Of a DNA stretch of 64,000 nucleotides, positions 37,301 to 52,300 are shown piece after piece. The stretch is from positions 11,532,001 through 11,596,000 of the forward strand of contig OZ281501.1 of NCBI GenBank assembly GCA_965637545.1. The letters run 5' to 3'. The notes under the pieces were generated by a model. The model searched no databases. It worked only from the letters and a program-made list of their open reading frames with translations, and had not been told where the DNA came from. The first letter of the stretch is position 1; every line of letters begins with the position of its first letter. The translations under genes and the position numbers were made by a program. Origin of the DNA: Phallusia mammillata. Lineage: Eukaryota.

Positions 37301-40300
37301 CTTACGTGACCCCGAAGTTGTCGAGGTGAAGGTTTTGCGAAAGGGAAATGTTGAAGATTCAACTTATGTCGGATGGAAAACAGAAGACGGAACAGCCATT
37401 AATGGGAAAAACTTCATTGGTGGAGCAGGTATCGATTGTAGCGAACATTACGAATAGATTATTACATAAATACACATTATTAAACAAACTCGGTACAATG
37501 CAAACGAAATTTAAGAACTTGTTTTCATGCAAGCTTAACAAACTTTTTAGGAAACTTGGTTTTTGATCCAAACGAAACGGAAAAAAATATTCTTATTCCT
37601 GTCCTCGCTTCTCCCAATGACGAGCCAGGAACTTTTTCAGTCAAGATCGTTGACGTCAGAGGCATGGGAAAAATTGGTGACGTATCAGGCACAGAAGTTA
37701 CCCTCGAACCCGTACCACGTGAGTTGTGGAAAATTGAAATTTGCATTTGTTGTTGTATTGCCTTGGTCTAAAAATTTTTTGCTAAATATGTTTTTGTGAC
37801 AAAAGTTCGGTAAAACGCATGAGAAAATGGATGTCCACCCCTTGTATGTCGATTAAATACAAAACGGACCTCAAGAACTTATTCGGAGAAATAAAATTTA
37901 AAATTATGCTTCAAAAGATCTTTTTTATAATATTTTAATGTTTAACCCGATTCGGACGAAAATTTTGTTTCATTTTTTTGGTATGACTTGGAATGGATTT
38001 GTTATTGTTGTAACGTGTTTTATCCGTGTATATAGGAGTACAACATGTGATTTACGAACAAGCTGCTCCCACAGGTATAAAGATCACGTGATCAGCACTC
38101 AAACTAACTTGGTGCTTAATTCGAATCATTGCTCGTAAAAGTCAACTCAATCACTACAAAAACAATAATTTGCAATTTAATTAAATATGCTTGCAAAAAG
38201 AAACTATCTTTAAATGGAAAATTGATGACAATGCCTTGTAAATTACCAGTAATTTGCATGCTAAAATAAGAATAAATATTAACAGATGTATTATTACGAT
38301 AAACGAATTTTTCATATTTTCAACAATTGTTCATGCATAAAAAAGCTAAAGGCGTTGTAGCATGGGTGCCGAATTCAATGATGCATGTTGCAATATTTTT
38401 ACCATTATTTTCAATCATTTTATAATAAAACATGGTGAAATTGACTGAAATCAAATATCACAAATGTAACTTTAATGTTTATTAATAAGTACAAGTATAT
38501 AAAATAAGTTACTTGCTGCGTAGAAACTGTGGTGGAGTTCCTTCGTAAGCGCTACCTCTTCCGGCAATCACAAGGATCTAGTTTTATTCCGGTTCGTCGT
38601 TCCAATGCCAACGGCATGCTTGCTTTGCGATGGAGAACTCAGCCCATCACAGGAACGGATGAAAGTCAAATTAAGCCGAAGTCGGTGGGAGAAGAGTCGA
38701 CCGATGGAAGATTCCCCAGGAGTTTGTCGTCAACATCTTCATCGGATAAGCACGCCGTACAACAGAAGGCGGTCCAGCAAGACATGCCTTACGACGACAC
38801 ACTAATTGACTGGGGATCAGGTATATAAGTTTTTATCGGTTAATGCATATAAAATACACAAAATGGTGAATTAACAATGCAATCTGCTGGATCCACACAA
38901 AGATGTATTATTTAGTGTACATGTATCACCAAGTAAGAGCTTTAAATGACGATTTATCCATTCTTATGTGCAATTGCATTCTTAATTTAATTGATTTTTT
39001 CCAAAGTCCTCAATTTAAAATGCTATTTGATGATATTATTTTGGTTTTTGCATAGGCACCATCACTTTCGATGATGGCGATCACGAGGCCAGCATAGAAC
39101 TCGTAGTCTGTCGCGAGATGGCGCACCGTGAATCGAACTTCCGTGTTGAGTTGGTCGACCCTTACGACAGAGTCACATTTGCTGTGCCAACTACGATGGT
39201 CACCGTAATACGAGACAAAGGTTCGTCAAAAATTGTTAACCTTGAATTTCATGTTTTTTAACTGTAACTTATGTTTACACAGATCCAGGAATGTTGGGAT
39301 TCGCCAGTCCCAAGTACAACTTCATGTGTAGCGAGGGTCAACTCGTTATTCCTGTGCACAGAAGTTCTGGTGCAGATGGAACTGTGGCGGTGCCTTGGTA
39401 CACAAGAGACGTTACTGCAGTTGGTAAGGCCATGGCCGCCTTGTTTCTAGGCACAATTTTGCAAGTTTATAGTGTGGTACATATGCTAATCACTTTTGCA
39501 AGTTTATGTCAACCTGAAATGATAATCGTCTCTGATTTTAGGTGGAATTCATTATCTACCCGCTGACGGGAATCTCATATTTGGCGATGGCGAGGTCTTG
39601 CGAAAGATCATTGTCCCGATGCCGAAACGAGTTGAATACTTCGATGAGGACGAGGTGGCTTTCAAACTCTGTCTGGGTGAACCCACCGGCGGTGCTTCCC
39701 TTAATGTTTACGAGGCTCATGTTGTGCTACAGAATGACATAGGTTAGTGACGTGACTACACAGACCGATTTGATTAGCTGTAGTTGCAAGTTTTTAATTT
39801 TTCTGTTTCATCAAGTGCCAGCGAAAGTGTCCTTCGAGGAGCCAAGTGTCACATGTCAGCAGTCACGTGGTTCGCTCCAGATCCCCGTGCAAAGATCCGA
39901 GGACGCGTCGGGCCTGGTGACATTGGCATGGCAAGTTAGAGGTATCCCCGGCAAGCCCAAGTCGAGATACGAGGGAGCGACAGGCACTCTGGTGTTCGCT
40001 GACGGTGACACGTGCAAAGGTTTGGATCATTTGTAAAATATGTTAATCCTTCACGAATGTTCGATGCATCTATGTTTTACTTTTTCAGACATCACCATAA
40101 AACTTCCGCCACATGTGCAGCAATATACAATGGACCAATTTGCAGTGGTCCTTGAACAACCGACCAGTGGAAGAGCCACATTAGGCGAACATCAACAATG
40201 TACTGCCTCCATCGACAACGACATAAGTATAAACCAGTGCGTTTACTAAGTAAAACGGTTTGGGTAACAACTTTATATTTGCAGTACCAGGAAAATTCCA

Positions 40301-43300
40301 TCTTGAGAAGCACAACTACTACTTCAAACAGAGTGATGGACGCGACGTTATAAAGGTTATAAGAGACGGTGGCACTAAGGGTGCAGTTTCTTTGCCTTGG
40401 AGAGTAAGTTTGTTGTGATAATGCGCCCAAAGCCTTTTGAAACAGTTTTATCACCCAATATACAAATATTTTTAAGAGATAGTAATTTGTAATCTGTAAC
40501 GAAATTCAGGTGCTTCCTGCTCATGAAACATCCCCGCCGTCATCCATGCACGATCTTCACGGTTCAGTGGAGTTCGATGACGGACAACCCACTGCTGACG
40601 TCACTATTCCATTTCCTCCTGACACTGATGAAGACAGGGAAAGGTAAATATCAATTTATATAGGATCAAATAAGTATCAGTTTGAACTTTTAACGTCCCT
40701 AAAACGTGTTTTTTTTTCAGTTTTGTCTTTATGTTGCTACCGCCAGAGGGCAGGGGAGAGTTAGATGAGCCCTACAGAGCTAACATGAATCTGGAAAATG
40801 ATCTGAGATGTGAAATCACCTTTGTCAAATGTGAATATGAGATACGCGGTGATGTGGATACTTTCCTTCTGCCTGTGGTCAGGGATGGACCCAAGGGCAG
40901 ACCAGCTGCAGTCGAATACAAAACAAAAGGTGAATAGATACAAATCCACAGATAGGGTAAAACTAGTTGTTGTTGATACCAGTTAGGCGAAAATATATAA
41001 GCTTATATTCCATTTGAATTTTTTGACTGATTCTGTCATTTGAAAAATATTTTTCATTCTCAGTTATTTATTGTCATGATAAACAATGATCGTCAATGAC
41101 CATGCTTTTTGTTGGAGGGTTTGATATTGTTCAGTATAATCACTCTCAATAGTTGTTGTTTACGTCGAATGACAGAACCCAACAACGTACAACTCAATGC
41201 CTCGGGGTTTACGACTTGTACAACTCTTAATTCGATTGTGTTGTAGATGGATCAGCTGTCGACTGCGCTAATTACATCGGAGGAGAGGGCGTGCTAAGTT
41301 TTGAACCTGGCGAAAATAAGAAGGATATCCTCATTCCTATAATGAACGATTCAAATGGCGGTCGATCGACTTTTACTGTGGAACTTGGTGAAATTACAGG
41401 GCCGGCAGAGTTGGGTGCCAACGAAAGAACTACAGTTTATATTGACAATGTAGCAGGTGTGTTGTGAATCTATTAATTAAAGCTTTAACGACGAAAAGTC
41501 TTTGCTTAGTATCATTGGCACATAAAAATACACAACAAATATATTTTTGCTGTTGTTGAAAACTATTTGAGTGAAAAATCATGTTCTTGCATACAAAAGT
41601 GAGATTTGTCCTTGATTACTGTATTTCGAGTGTTTGGTGTGAACAATATGAACAATTTAGGCTTCCACGGTCAAAAATGTTTTGTCAAGGTGCCGGTAAA
41701 TTCGAAATGGCATCGAGACAGCAAAGAGTCAATCAGAGTGACGGAGTGCTTAAAATTGTGGTGCTTCGCAAGAATGGGCGCAAGGGAGAAGCACAAGTGC
41801 CTTGGTTTGTTGAAAAAACACTCCTTTCACCAAGTGCCACAGCTGTCCCTACAACACAACAAACTGATGATTACGACAACTTGGAAGGAGTGGTGAGTTT
41901 TTTTCGAACTTCGAATCGAAATTCGCTGTAGACCATTTGGTTTGCTGGCTCTTGTAAACAAATTAAGCAGTTTAACATGGTAACGGGAAAGAGTTTCTTT
42001 AAAATTTCTGTTCACTTAAAAAATTAAATAATCTACTCTCTTTTAGTTGAACTTTGAAGAAGGTGATGATGAAAAAGAACTAGAAATCCCGCTGTCGACA
42101 AAACCACAGGATGATGACATTACAGCAATTGACGTCACACTTCTAACCCCAGTATCGGGTGCTGGTGCCACGTTGGGTGATCCGATTTCCACGAAGGTTA
42201 CCATTAACAACGATGTCGGTAAGACAAAGAACTGAATCTAAACTGCTGCCAATGCATAATGCACAACCTAAGCTAATTTATGCGTGAGTAGAACCACGGC
42301 AATACTTGGTGAGATATTACAAAATTTATGACTTTTTAGATGGTGGAACTGTTGAACTTGAAAACGAAGCGATTGAAGCCTTTGGTACAGATGGTGACGT
42401 TCGTATCGTGGTTGTGCGTTCAGGCTCATGTAATCATGCGTGTCATGTCTCATGGGAAGCACAAGACGATACTGCAGTGCGTGGAAAGCATTACCGGGCT
42501 GGAAAGGGAATGCTCACATTCGATGAGGGCGAAGACAGGTAACATTTGCTTTAGTAAACTTTTTTTAAGAAAACATACATGAGATAGTTTATACCAGTGG
42601 TCGGCAAGCACCGGGCCGCGGCTCGGTACCGGTCCGTGAATCGTTTGTTACCGGGCCGCATACCTGCCTAAAATTCACATTGAATCACAGTTGTAATAAC
42701 TGTAATTAGTTTTCAGTGCTGAACATTTGTGTTTTTTGAAGGCCGGTCCGTGATAAAAATTTCAGTTTCAAACCGGTCCGCAGTGCAAAAAAGGTTGCCG
42801 ACCCCTGGTTTACACGATTCTCCTGATTTTACTTTGACAAGCTTTCTTCGCAACTATAAACAATAAAACTTTGATTTATCGTTTTAAGACATTTTAGATT
42901 ATTTAAGACAAAACATACACTGATCCAACAAAAATGTTTGCCTTGTTTATATTTGTGCTGTTTTTAATTTTATAGCAAAGAAATCATCATTCCCATTGTT
43001 AACGACCCATCTGGTGACGTCATGTTTTTCCATGTTGCCTTGGGAACGGTACGCGGGGGTGCTAAACTTGGTGCGATTTGTAAAGCCCAAGTTATGATAG
43101 ATCACGTGCAAGGTGGGTGTGGTCACGTGTTTTGTATGAAATGTTGTTTTGCTGGGTTTACGTCATTGCGTTACGTCATGTAGTTATTTTGTGCTGTGGG
43201 GTCACGGTCTGTTGGTTTTTGCTTGCGTTTTTACACATTTTGTACTTGCATGTTGCTTGTGTGCACGCAGAAATGTCGCAAATCATCGACGTACAGCAGA

Positions 43301-46300
43301 CTACTGCCGTTCTGGTGCCCGAAAACGGTAAGTTGATGTGCAAAGTTTTCTGATTAGAACTTAGAAGCAGCAAGTCCGATAAAAAGTAGTTTTGTATTTT
43401 TTTTTGTGAAATCAAACCATTATATGTTAGGTCATCCGTTACTATGTAAACATGTTTGTTTTGTGTTTTGCCAAAAGTATTTGCACTTTGCTACCGTAAA
43501 GACGTTGCTGTAAGCACGGATTATGCATGATTCATTGTGTGGTAGAAACCGTACACATTTTGCGCTACATTATGCTCTGTAGACATGGTTTTGAGTTTGG
43601 CAAGTTTCATTGCGTTTGCAACAAGTGGTGAACAAATTGCATCCTTTTTTATTAGAAAGTCTGTCCTAAAAAACTTCATGGTGAAAGAACTTATTTACTA
43701 ACCTTTGAACCGTTAAATCTTTGTACACCGAAAATAATTCCAACATTATAACATTAGTTCACGGGGAGATCGGATTTACCGATTGTGTGATGCAGCAGAA
43801 ACAGAGCAATGGCAAAATCGTCATCACCATGACGCGAAAAACCGGAAAACGTGGCCGCGTGGTGGTGCCATGGAGCATCGAGAACGCCGCTACCAAATCT
43901 CGTTACAATGTAAGTGATAATGACATTTGTTATCGTTGAAATCACAAGGGATTGGTTTGTCTATGTTCCACAGTTGATGCTTATAATATGCGCTTACTTG
44001 TGTAAATACTACTTGGGTAAATATTTGTACTCTATGCATTTCTTAGGACTTGCATGGTCAAGAAACTTTCAAAGATGGCGAAGAAGAAAGTCACATAGAA
44101 ATTGAAACTCCCAGCAAACCACAAGATGCGGAGATTGAAACTTTCAGGTATGTTGGATCTCACCGTTTTTTCACATCCAAGAAATTGTGTGCACTGACAC
44201 CATTATATTTACAGTGTTGTTCTCGGTGAACCTACCGGAGGTGCTAGGCTTGCTGGCGACACCGAGTGTGCGGTGACAGTGATTAATGACGTCATACCAG
44301 GGAAAGTTGCTTTCCCCGAGAAAACGTTTGAAGTGAACCAATCTGACGAGATCGTGAAAATTCCCGTGGTTCGAACTGCCAGAACAGAAGGTAACTAACT
44401 TCAATCTGCTGTAAATGTTCGGATTACTAGCAAAGATAAGGGAAAAACTGGACTTGTTTCATAGGCTTGAAATTTAGATATCACCATTATGGTGCGCTTA
44501 ACCGATGCATGCATATTTATCATGACTTTTTACCAACTGACAAAAACTTACTTCGAATTTTTTTCGCTGATATTAAATGCCCAACTTTTTGTTTGGTTAG
44601 GGAGCGTGTTTTAAGCACACGAGGAAGATTGTTTACATATCCGCTGAAAATTATCTTAAAACTAAATGATTTCAGGTAAAATTCGCGTACCTTGGAAATC
44701 GAACAGTGGTGACTTAGAATCTCCATATCACAACTTGTCTGGTATTGAGACCTTCGAAGATGGGGACGACGTGTCGCATATCAAGGTTAAGTTGCCACAG
44801 CAACCACGAGAAGCTTCGGAGGAAAACTTTGTCGTCACTCTTGCCCCTCCTAAATCGAGCGAAGCTGTTCTGGGTGACATCGACATGTGTGATGTCACAG
44901 TGAAGAACGATATTGGTACGAGTTTAATATTTCACGCGGACATATACTTATGGCAAAATAAATACTGTTTAATCTTTTTTGTTGTAATAAAGTTATTTTT
45001 GCACGAAATTACCTAATTAGATAAAAATGTTTTTGGTTTGACGTGGTTTTAAAAACGGTTTTAAGAAATTTTGTGGAAGTAATATTATTAAATTCGCCAA
45101 AAAATACTCTCTTATTCTTATGAAATCTTTACAGCACTGGAAAATGTAATATATAAAGTTAGGTAGTCACTTTTCTAGATGGTAATTGTTTTCTATTTAA
45201 AGCCTGTTTTCTATTTAAAGCACCGGCGCTTATAACGTTCGACGACTCCCAGCACGAAACACTACAGAGTGAGCGCAAGGTTCTCTTGAAAATTGTCCGC
45301 ACTCAGACCACACAAGGTCGGGTGATCGTGCCATGGAAGATAATACCGGAAAGTCCTGATTCTGTTTACATCGGAGTTACAGGTTCGAATACAAGAACAA
45401 CTTGTTTTGTTTATTTATTTGTAACTTGAGTAACTACATAACACATGAGAACTTTTTCTTGGGGCCTACATTTTATCTTAATAAAAGAGTCGATGAGCAA
45501 TCGATGTTACCTTTATCGGTTGGAGACTTCAAAATAGTTTGGGGCCTTTTTTTCCTAATTCAAGTCTAATTAAACTCAAGTAAGCTGAGAAGCCGCAAGT
45601 TGTAAACATTTCTCTTTAAAAACTTACATAAAACCTTAACTGCCTGTCGTTCAATTTAACAATTGTTATTATTAGGTGAAGCAACTTTGGAAGACGGTGA
45701 TGATCATGGAGTTGTTGACATCAATCTTCCACAACTTCCACTTGAAAATCCTGAAGAAACCGTTTCGGTGGCGCTCGAGCCACCAGTGGGCGCTCATGCG
45801 AAACTTGCCGATGACGCAATTTGCACCACGAAAATTATACACGATCTTGGTATGTATTCCAATTAAAATAACCTACAAATATGTACCAATTTCGGCGTGA
45901 GGACTGCGTCTGTACCGGTTTACTTTAAAGCAATTGTTGGGCATATGGTTTAGGATTGGTTAGATTCTAAACCAGTGATTCTCAAACTGTGTGCCGCGAG
46001 AGCTCTCCAAGTGTGCCGCGAAACTTTCAACTTCGAATCTCATTTAAACATCGTTTATTGTTTACGAGATCTAATTTTGCCTGTTCAGTACAGAAATATA
46101 ATGTTGTTTAGATCAGACGTTTTGCCTCATAGTGTTAGCATGGCATATCAATAATAATCAAAACCTATAGTTAGTATTGAAAGCAAACAATTGCCTTCGT
46201 TTATGTGATTAACTCAGTTATATGTCAGTTGTGTTGCAATGAGTATCAGTTCTGCTCAAAAATTTGCCATGGAAAAATATTAAGAAAAGGCTGAATTATC

Positions 46301-49300
46301 TAAACAGAAAGAGCCAGCTCAGCAACGATGCAAGCGTAAATACATGGAAGATTACGTGCAGTACGGTTTTATTGCTTCTGGGCCTTAGGATCATCGGCTT
46401 CCATATTGTATTGTATGTAACACAGCCTTATCTAATCAGTCGCTGGTCCCAAGTAAGCTCAGCAGACACTTGAAACAGAATCATCCGACATTAAAGGATA
46501 AACCGAAAGCCTATTAAACCTGGTGTCGCAAACTAACAAGCAAGCTAAGCGAATAGATGGCCATCTGAAGCTCCCGGAAAAAGGGTTGATTGCAAGTTAC
46601 AAGGTGGCTCACTTGTTGGCCAAACGTAAAAAAGGCGCACACAGGCGCAGAATCAGTTACTGCACCAGCGTTAGCGATTGTTGTCGAAACTATGCTTGGA
46701 TCAGAAGCGGCAGATCAAGTTCGTCGAGTTCCATTGTCAAATAACACGATTTCAAGATAAATAAAAGACCGATTTAAAAGACCAAGTTTGTGAACACTTC
46801 GTGGGCCAAATAGATGAATTACGGGCTCTACAAGTTGACGAATCAACTGACAGAGCTGGGAAACCTCACCTGCTCGCTTTTATAAGGTTCGTGAAGAATG
46901 AAAAAAAGTTATTTTCAAGACGACCTTTGGTGGCTGAAAGTCTTGTTTCTTTCTGACTTGTTCGACAAACTGAACAATTTGAACTCAAGTCTCCAAGGTC
47001 CAACAGAAAATATAATTACGTTAACATCAAAATTAAAATCACTAGATGAAAAAATGATTTTATGGAAAATTAAAATCTCAAAAGGAAGAGGAAAAATCCC
47101 GCTGTAAATACATCTTCACTGAAAAAGAACATTATCCCGGAAATTTTGCAAACATTAACTGGACTTCAGCTGGCAATTCAACACTACTTTCCAGAGTTTG
47201 CAGTAAACGATTATAAGTGGGTAATCAATCCGTTTGCAACTAATGCAGCAAATGACTGTTCTACAGAAGAGGAAGAGCAGCTCATCGATTTGCGTAACGA
47301 CCCATATCTCCAATCAACGTTTTCGCAAAAGAGCTTAGACGAGTTTTGGCTGTCTACTTTAAGATCGTATCCAGTAATCAGTGCCAAGGCCATCAAAATA
47401 ATCTTGTCATTTGCATCTTCGTGGCAGTGCGAATACGGGTTTTCTGCTTTGACAGAAATTAAAAGCAATAAACGACAGAGGCTTTTGGAGCTTGATGACG
47501 AAATGCGAGTTTGTACGTCAACACTGGAACCTCGCATTAATTTGATTTGCTGCCAAAAACAGTCTCACCCGTCGCATTGAGGCAAAATAAAAAAATATTC
47601 ACTTTTTGTGTTATTTGTTTGCAGGGATGCCGCGAAAATAAGTATAGTTTCTTAGTGTGCCGCAAGACAAAAAAATTTGAGAACCACTGCTCTTAACATA
47701 CAAATATTGCACTTTCTTGCTGTAGGGGAAGGAATGATTGAAATGAGGTCACATGACGTGACATGCAGCAGCGAAGAAGGAGAGGCTCTTGTCGCTGTTG
47801 TCAGGAAACTCGGATACGATTTCCCAGCTGAAGTCACGTGGTATACAGAGGATGATGACGCACTTTTCGGTCAACATTATGACGCCGAAAAAGGTAATCG
47901 TACCTACGCACGTTTTGTTTTTGTCGCTAACATTACATCGAAACAAAGATGTGCGTGTGGTTAGTAGTTCCGTTCTAGGTTATTTATAAATTCGCCGTGG
48001 GCCATGTTTTGTAAAATTTTGGTCGCATTTTTTTGCGGTTTACAGTGAGATGTGGTTTGTCAATTGGCAAAACTGCCGAACTGGTGTTTAACCACTTGAC
48101 CACCAACAGTGTGTACTTACGGTCGTCTTGAGGCATTAAAACTGAACCATGTTTGGTTGCGATTTTCTGTTATGTGTTATGGTCGCATTAAACTTAATTC
48201 AAGATTAAAGGGTCTGGACGATTGGGCGGATTTCCTTCAATTAACTTTTACCACTACTATGGCTGGAACGTTAAATGCTTTTATTACTTTACCTCACCCA
48301 CTGTGGAAGACCGGCAATGTTGCCCAAAAACTTATACAATTTTTAGCCTTTTTCCAATTGCTTAGTGTAGTGGTTCTTCGCCACTTTGCCGCGACACATA
48401 TAACGTGTAGTTTTCCAATTGTGTCAAAAAATGTTAGAACTTCGTTATGATCTTGTTTGCTACGAAAACCAGACTCATGGTCACATATAAATGATTGTTT
48501 TGGTGTACTGCAAACCAATGTTCAAATGTATCGTAAACAATAATGTGTCGTGTTAGTGTGCCACAACTTAAAATGGACGGAAAGCACTGGCAACACTTTA
48601 CTAAAATTTCTTTGTCGTTTTAGGAAAACTAAAATTCAAACCCGGTGAAGCGGAACGCAACATCCACATCCCGCTTATCAATGATCCGAGCGGGGAGTCA
48701 CGTGTTTTCAAAGTTCATCTCCAAGACGTGAAAGGACGAGACAAGATCGGCGACAACGACTGCTGTCACGTGACTATCGACAACGAAGCTAGTAAGTTGA
48801 AATTAAAACCATTCAAAACGGCATTTAAGACATGACATTATGGGTTAGATTGAGTTTATCATACCATTATGATGTGATGAGCCCATCTCCTTGTAAATGC
48901 ATTTTGCATGTTTTAATTTTACTTTTAGCGCCGCCGAATGTCGTTGGTGATTTCGAGGCTGATTTGGTTGCCCCGCAAGTTGTCCACACCACGTGGTTAC
49001 CTGCAGATGAGGGTGCACCAGTGGAAGGTTACAAAGTGACTTACTGGAGTCGACCCGGTACAGTGAAAACCCTGCAGCTACCCAAAGATGTAAGTTGGTG
49101 CAAAAATTGTTGTGTCTTGCATTCAACAATGTTATTTGTTATGTTAAAGGCCACGGAGGCCGATCTGGATGACCTGCAACCCAACACTTCGTATCAAGTA
49201 AATGTTCGTCCGTTCAACAACGTCGGTGACGGTCTTGCATCCGACACTGTTGTAGTTGAAACCCAACCAGGTAAAATAATTTTGATATTTATACGTTTGA

Positions 49301-52300
49301 TTGTTATGGTATATCACTTTTGCAAAAATGATCAGAAACTCAATAAATATATTCACTAACTCACATTTTTAGATGTTTCTAAGAGGGATTTATTCTCGTT
49401 GCTACTAAATATGAAACAAAAAATGTTGCTAACATCAATTTACACATAAAATTTTTACACATAATTTGTTTTCCTTTAGAGTTGCGACTTTCGTATCAGA
49501 GTCCGGTACAAGCCAAGACAAGTCAAAAAACGAGCGAGTTTGTTCTTAAACGTAACATCAAAGAATTCAAGGACGTAGTCACGTGGAAAATTGTAAAAGA
49601 GATTCGTCGTCGCAGAAAAACTGCAAGTTCCACATCATCCAGTCAATCCAGCTCCTCAAGGTAAATAAACAACTTATAAACAACTTGTAATCGAATATAC
49701 AGTAAAAAAATAAATTATCTAAATTTTTGATAAAATTGCCGGATACGTTGGTTTGTATAATGTTAATGTATGAATATTTAGATTTATAAACAAAACTTTT
49801 CTGTTAAGTTCGTCGGATAGTAGCGATGCCTCAGAAGAACCTTTGGTCGTGAGCAGCGGTGAACTTCAATACGAGCCTGGAAACGACGTCGCCACTTTGC
49901 AGTTCCCACTTAAACAAGACATGCGTCATTCGTCACAAGTCTATCGTATATTGGTCAGAAAAAAGCCACGTGACGGCGTCAGCGAGGAGGAACTTGAACG
50001 CGAGCGCCCCCTAGCGACAGTTGAACTAAACGTTGTCAATGATACCGGTTTGTAAATTTGTTAATAATGATGAAAAGTAGTTCGTTCCTGTTTTCAACTA
50101 GTTTTTACCAATACGTATTTGAAAAAGGTTATCCAGGCCGGGTTCGCAAACCGTTTGCTGCCTCAATGAACCCACATGAATGTACAGTGTCTTGGGAACC
50201 ACCAGCGCTTGGTGGACCAGTGGAAGGTTACAAAGTTATTGCTAAATCAGATGGTAAGTAATCAAGGTTAAATCCGAAGCTTTATTTGCTTGTTTGCTTG
50301 TAACGAAATAACTGTATGAAAATGTCTTTGTGTAATAAGTGTGAAAAGTTTGGCATTTTGTATTGCAGATGCGGACGATGTTGAAGAAACTGTTGGACCC
50401 GATGAAAGGAAAGTTACTCTTACTGCTTTGAAACCATCCACTAAATATCGTGTATACGTTCAACCGTTTAATAAGATCGGATATGCCCAGCCATCGTCCA
50501 CAGCACATGCTATTACACAAGATGGTACGAAACAAACGTTTTTTATTTATTTTCCGGGCTATACTGTAAATTTTATCTAACTTTTGAGTTTGGAACTGTA
50601 TAGTGTAGATGTTTATTGATGTAATGATGTTTGGTTCCCAAGTCAGTCAGCCTATTTTCATCACATAGAAATGAAAGTGGAGTTTTCCGAGCGTTTCTAC
50701 TCGTTCAAGACCAGTGACAAGGTTGCAGTGATTCCTATCAAACGTCACTTTACACGAGGTTATGCTACTTTGCATTGGAATGTTCGTTGGTGTAAGCGCA
50801 GTGACGCATCTGATGTTTCGTCATCATCCTCATCCGATTCTGAATCTGAATCCGAAGTAAGTAATGTCTTGCAATTTCTTTTTAATTGTTGCCAGAATCT
50901 CAGCACTTTTACTTTAAACGTTATGTTGGACACAGCTATTGTGTATTGTGGCTTTAAGTACACCGTTGAATCTCCTTATAAATATAAACTATAAAAAAAC
51001 TAGATGAATGAAATAGCAAAATTGTTTTAAAGAATAAGTCAATGAAGATAATTGAAGAATATATACATTTTGTCTAAATTCCATCTTCAGTTCTTATAAA
51101 TGAAAGCAATACGATAAAACATGTAATAAAGTAAATGAAACGCAACAGAGTGAAGTTTAGACTTTTATAAAAATACACTTGTTTTGAAACCATGGTTTAG
51201 CATAAATGGCGATTTGTTAACGTTTATCCCTTTCAGGTTCGTGGTCGGGATTGGGCTTCAGGATCAATCACATTCCAGGATGGAGTGGACAAGGCTGAGG
51301 TTCGAATTCCTTTGCAGCAAGCAACACCTGCTCCTGTGCCACGAAAGAGATCATTCTTCTGGCTCTACGTGGTCGATCCCAATAAAAAGAAGAGACTTGC
51401 TGCAATGAGATGCAAACTCGTTGATGACAAGGGTATATGTCATAGAATAATTAGCTAAAAGCATTATTAAAATATTAGTTACTATCTATTATCAAGGTTG
51501 GTTTTGATTTCCGTGTAACCCATTGGTCATTTACAGCTTATGGGTCTGTTGGTTTTGCAAATGATCTGGTCAGCCTCCAGGGCGATCACGATGTCCCTGA
51601 CATTCTTCTCTTGCCATTGTCACGTGATAACGGCTCAGAGGGTCACGTGATCGTGACGTGGGAGGCTAGCGTTGCCGATGCCGCCGATTATCTGTTGTCG
51701 ACCGATTCGTCGGTCGGCACTGTGGCGTTTGTAGATGGTGATACTGAGGCCTCTGTTGTGTTGCGTCTTAACCCGTCGTGGGTTGATGACTTCCAATCAC
51801 GTGATCCTGTTGACGTAAATGTGGAGTTGACGTCAGCAGAGAGGGGAGCTGAGTTGGTTGATGAACGTCGATCTTGCAAAGTTAAATTGTTTCCCGGTGA
51901 GGGTCGAATTAGCCATCTTGTTGGGATTCGTTGGTTATCTTCTTTAGATGCATCTTGTTCTCTTCTGGGATGGAATCTCCATCTCACAACAAACACACTA
52001 AACACATTCATCGTCGATTGTTTTACCAACATTACCCTACTGCATGGCACTTGTCCGTAACCGATTTGCGTTGGTCTAAGTTGTAGACCATTAAATCAAA
52101 ATAATCAATTATTTTTTCCCAAACTCACATCACACACAATCAACTACACACCAAAAACTTACTGGTCTGTCAATACCAAACAACCCTTGCGAGCAAATAA
52201 CGAACCTAATCGTTCCACAACCATTTTCTACGTTACAGGCATTGTATAACCAATAACTACTTACATGCGTAACACTTCCGTGTAGCGAAGTGCGCCGGTT

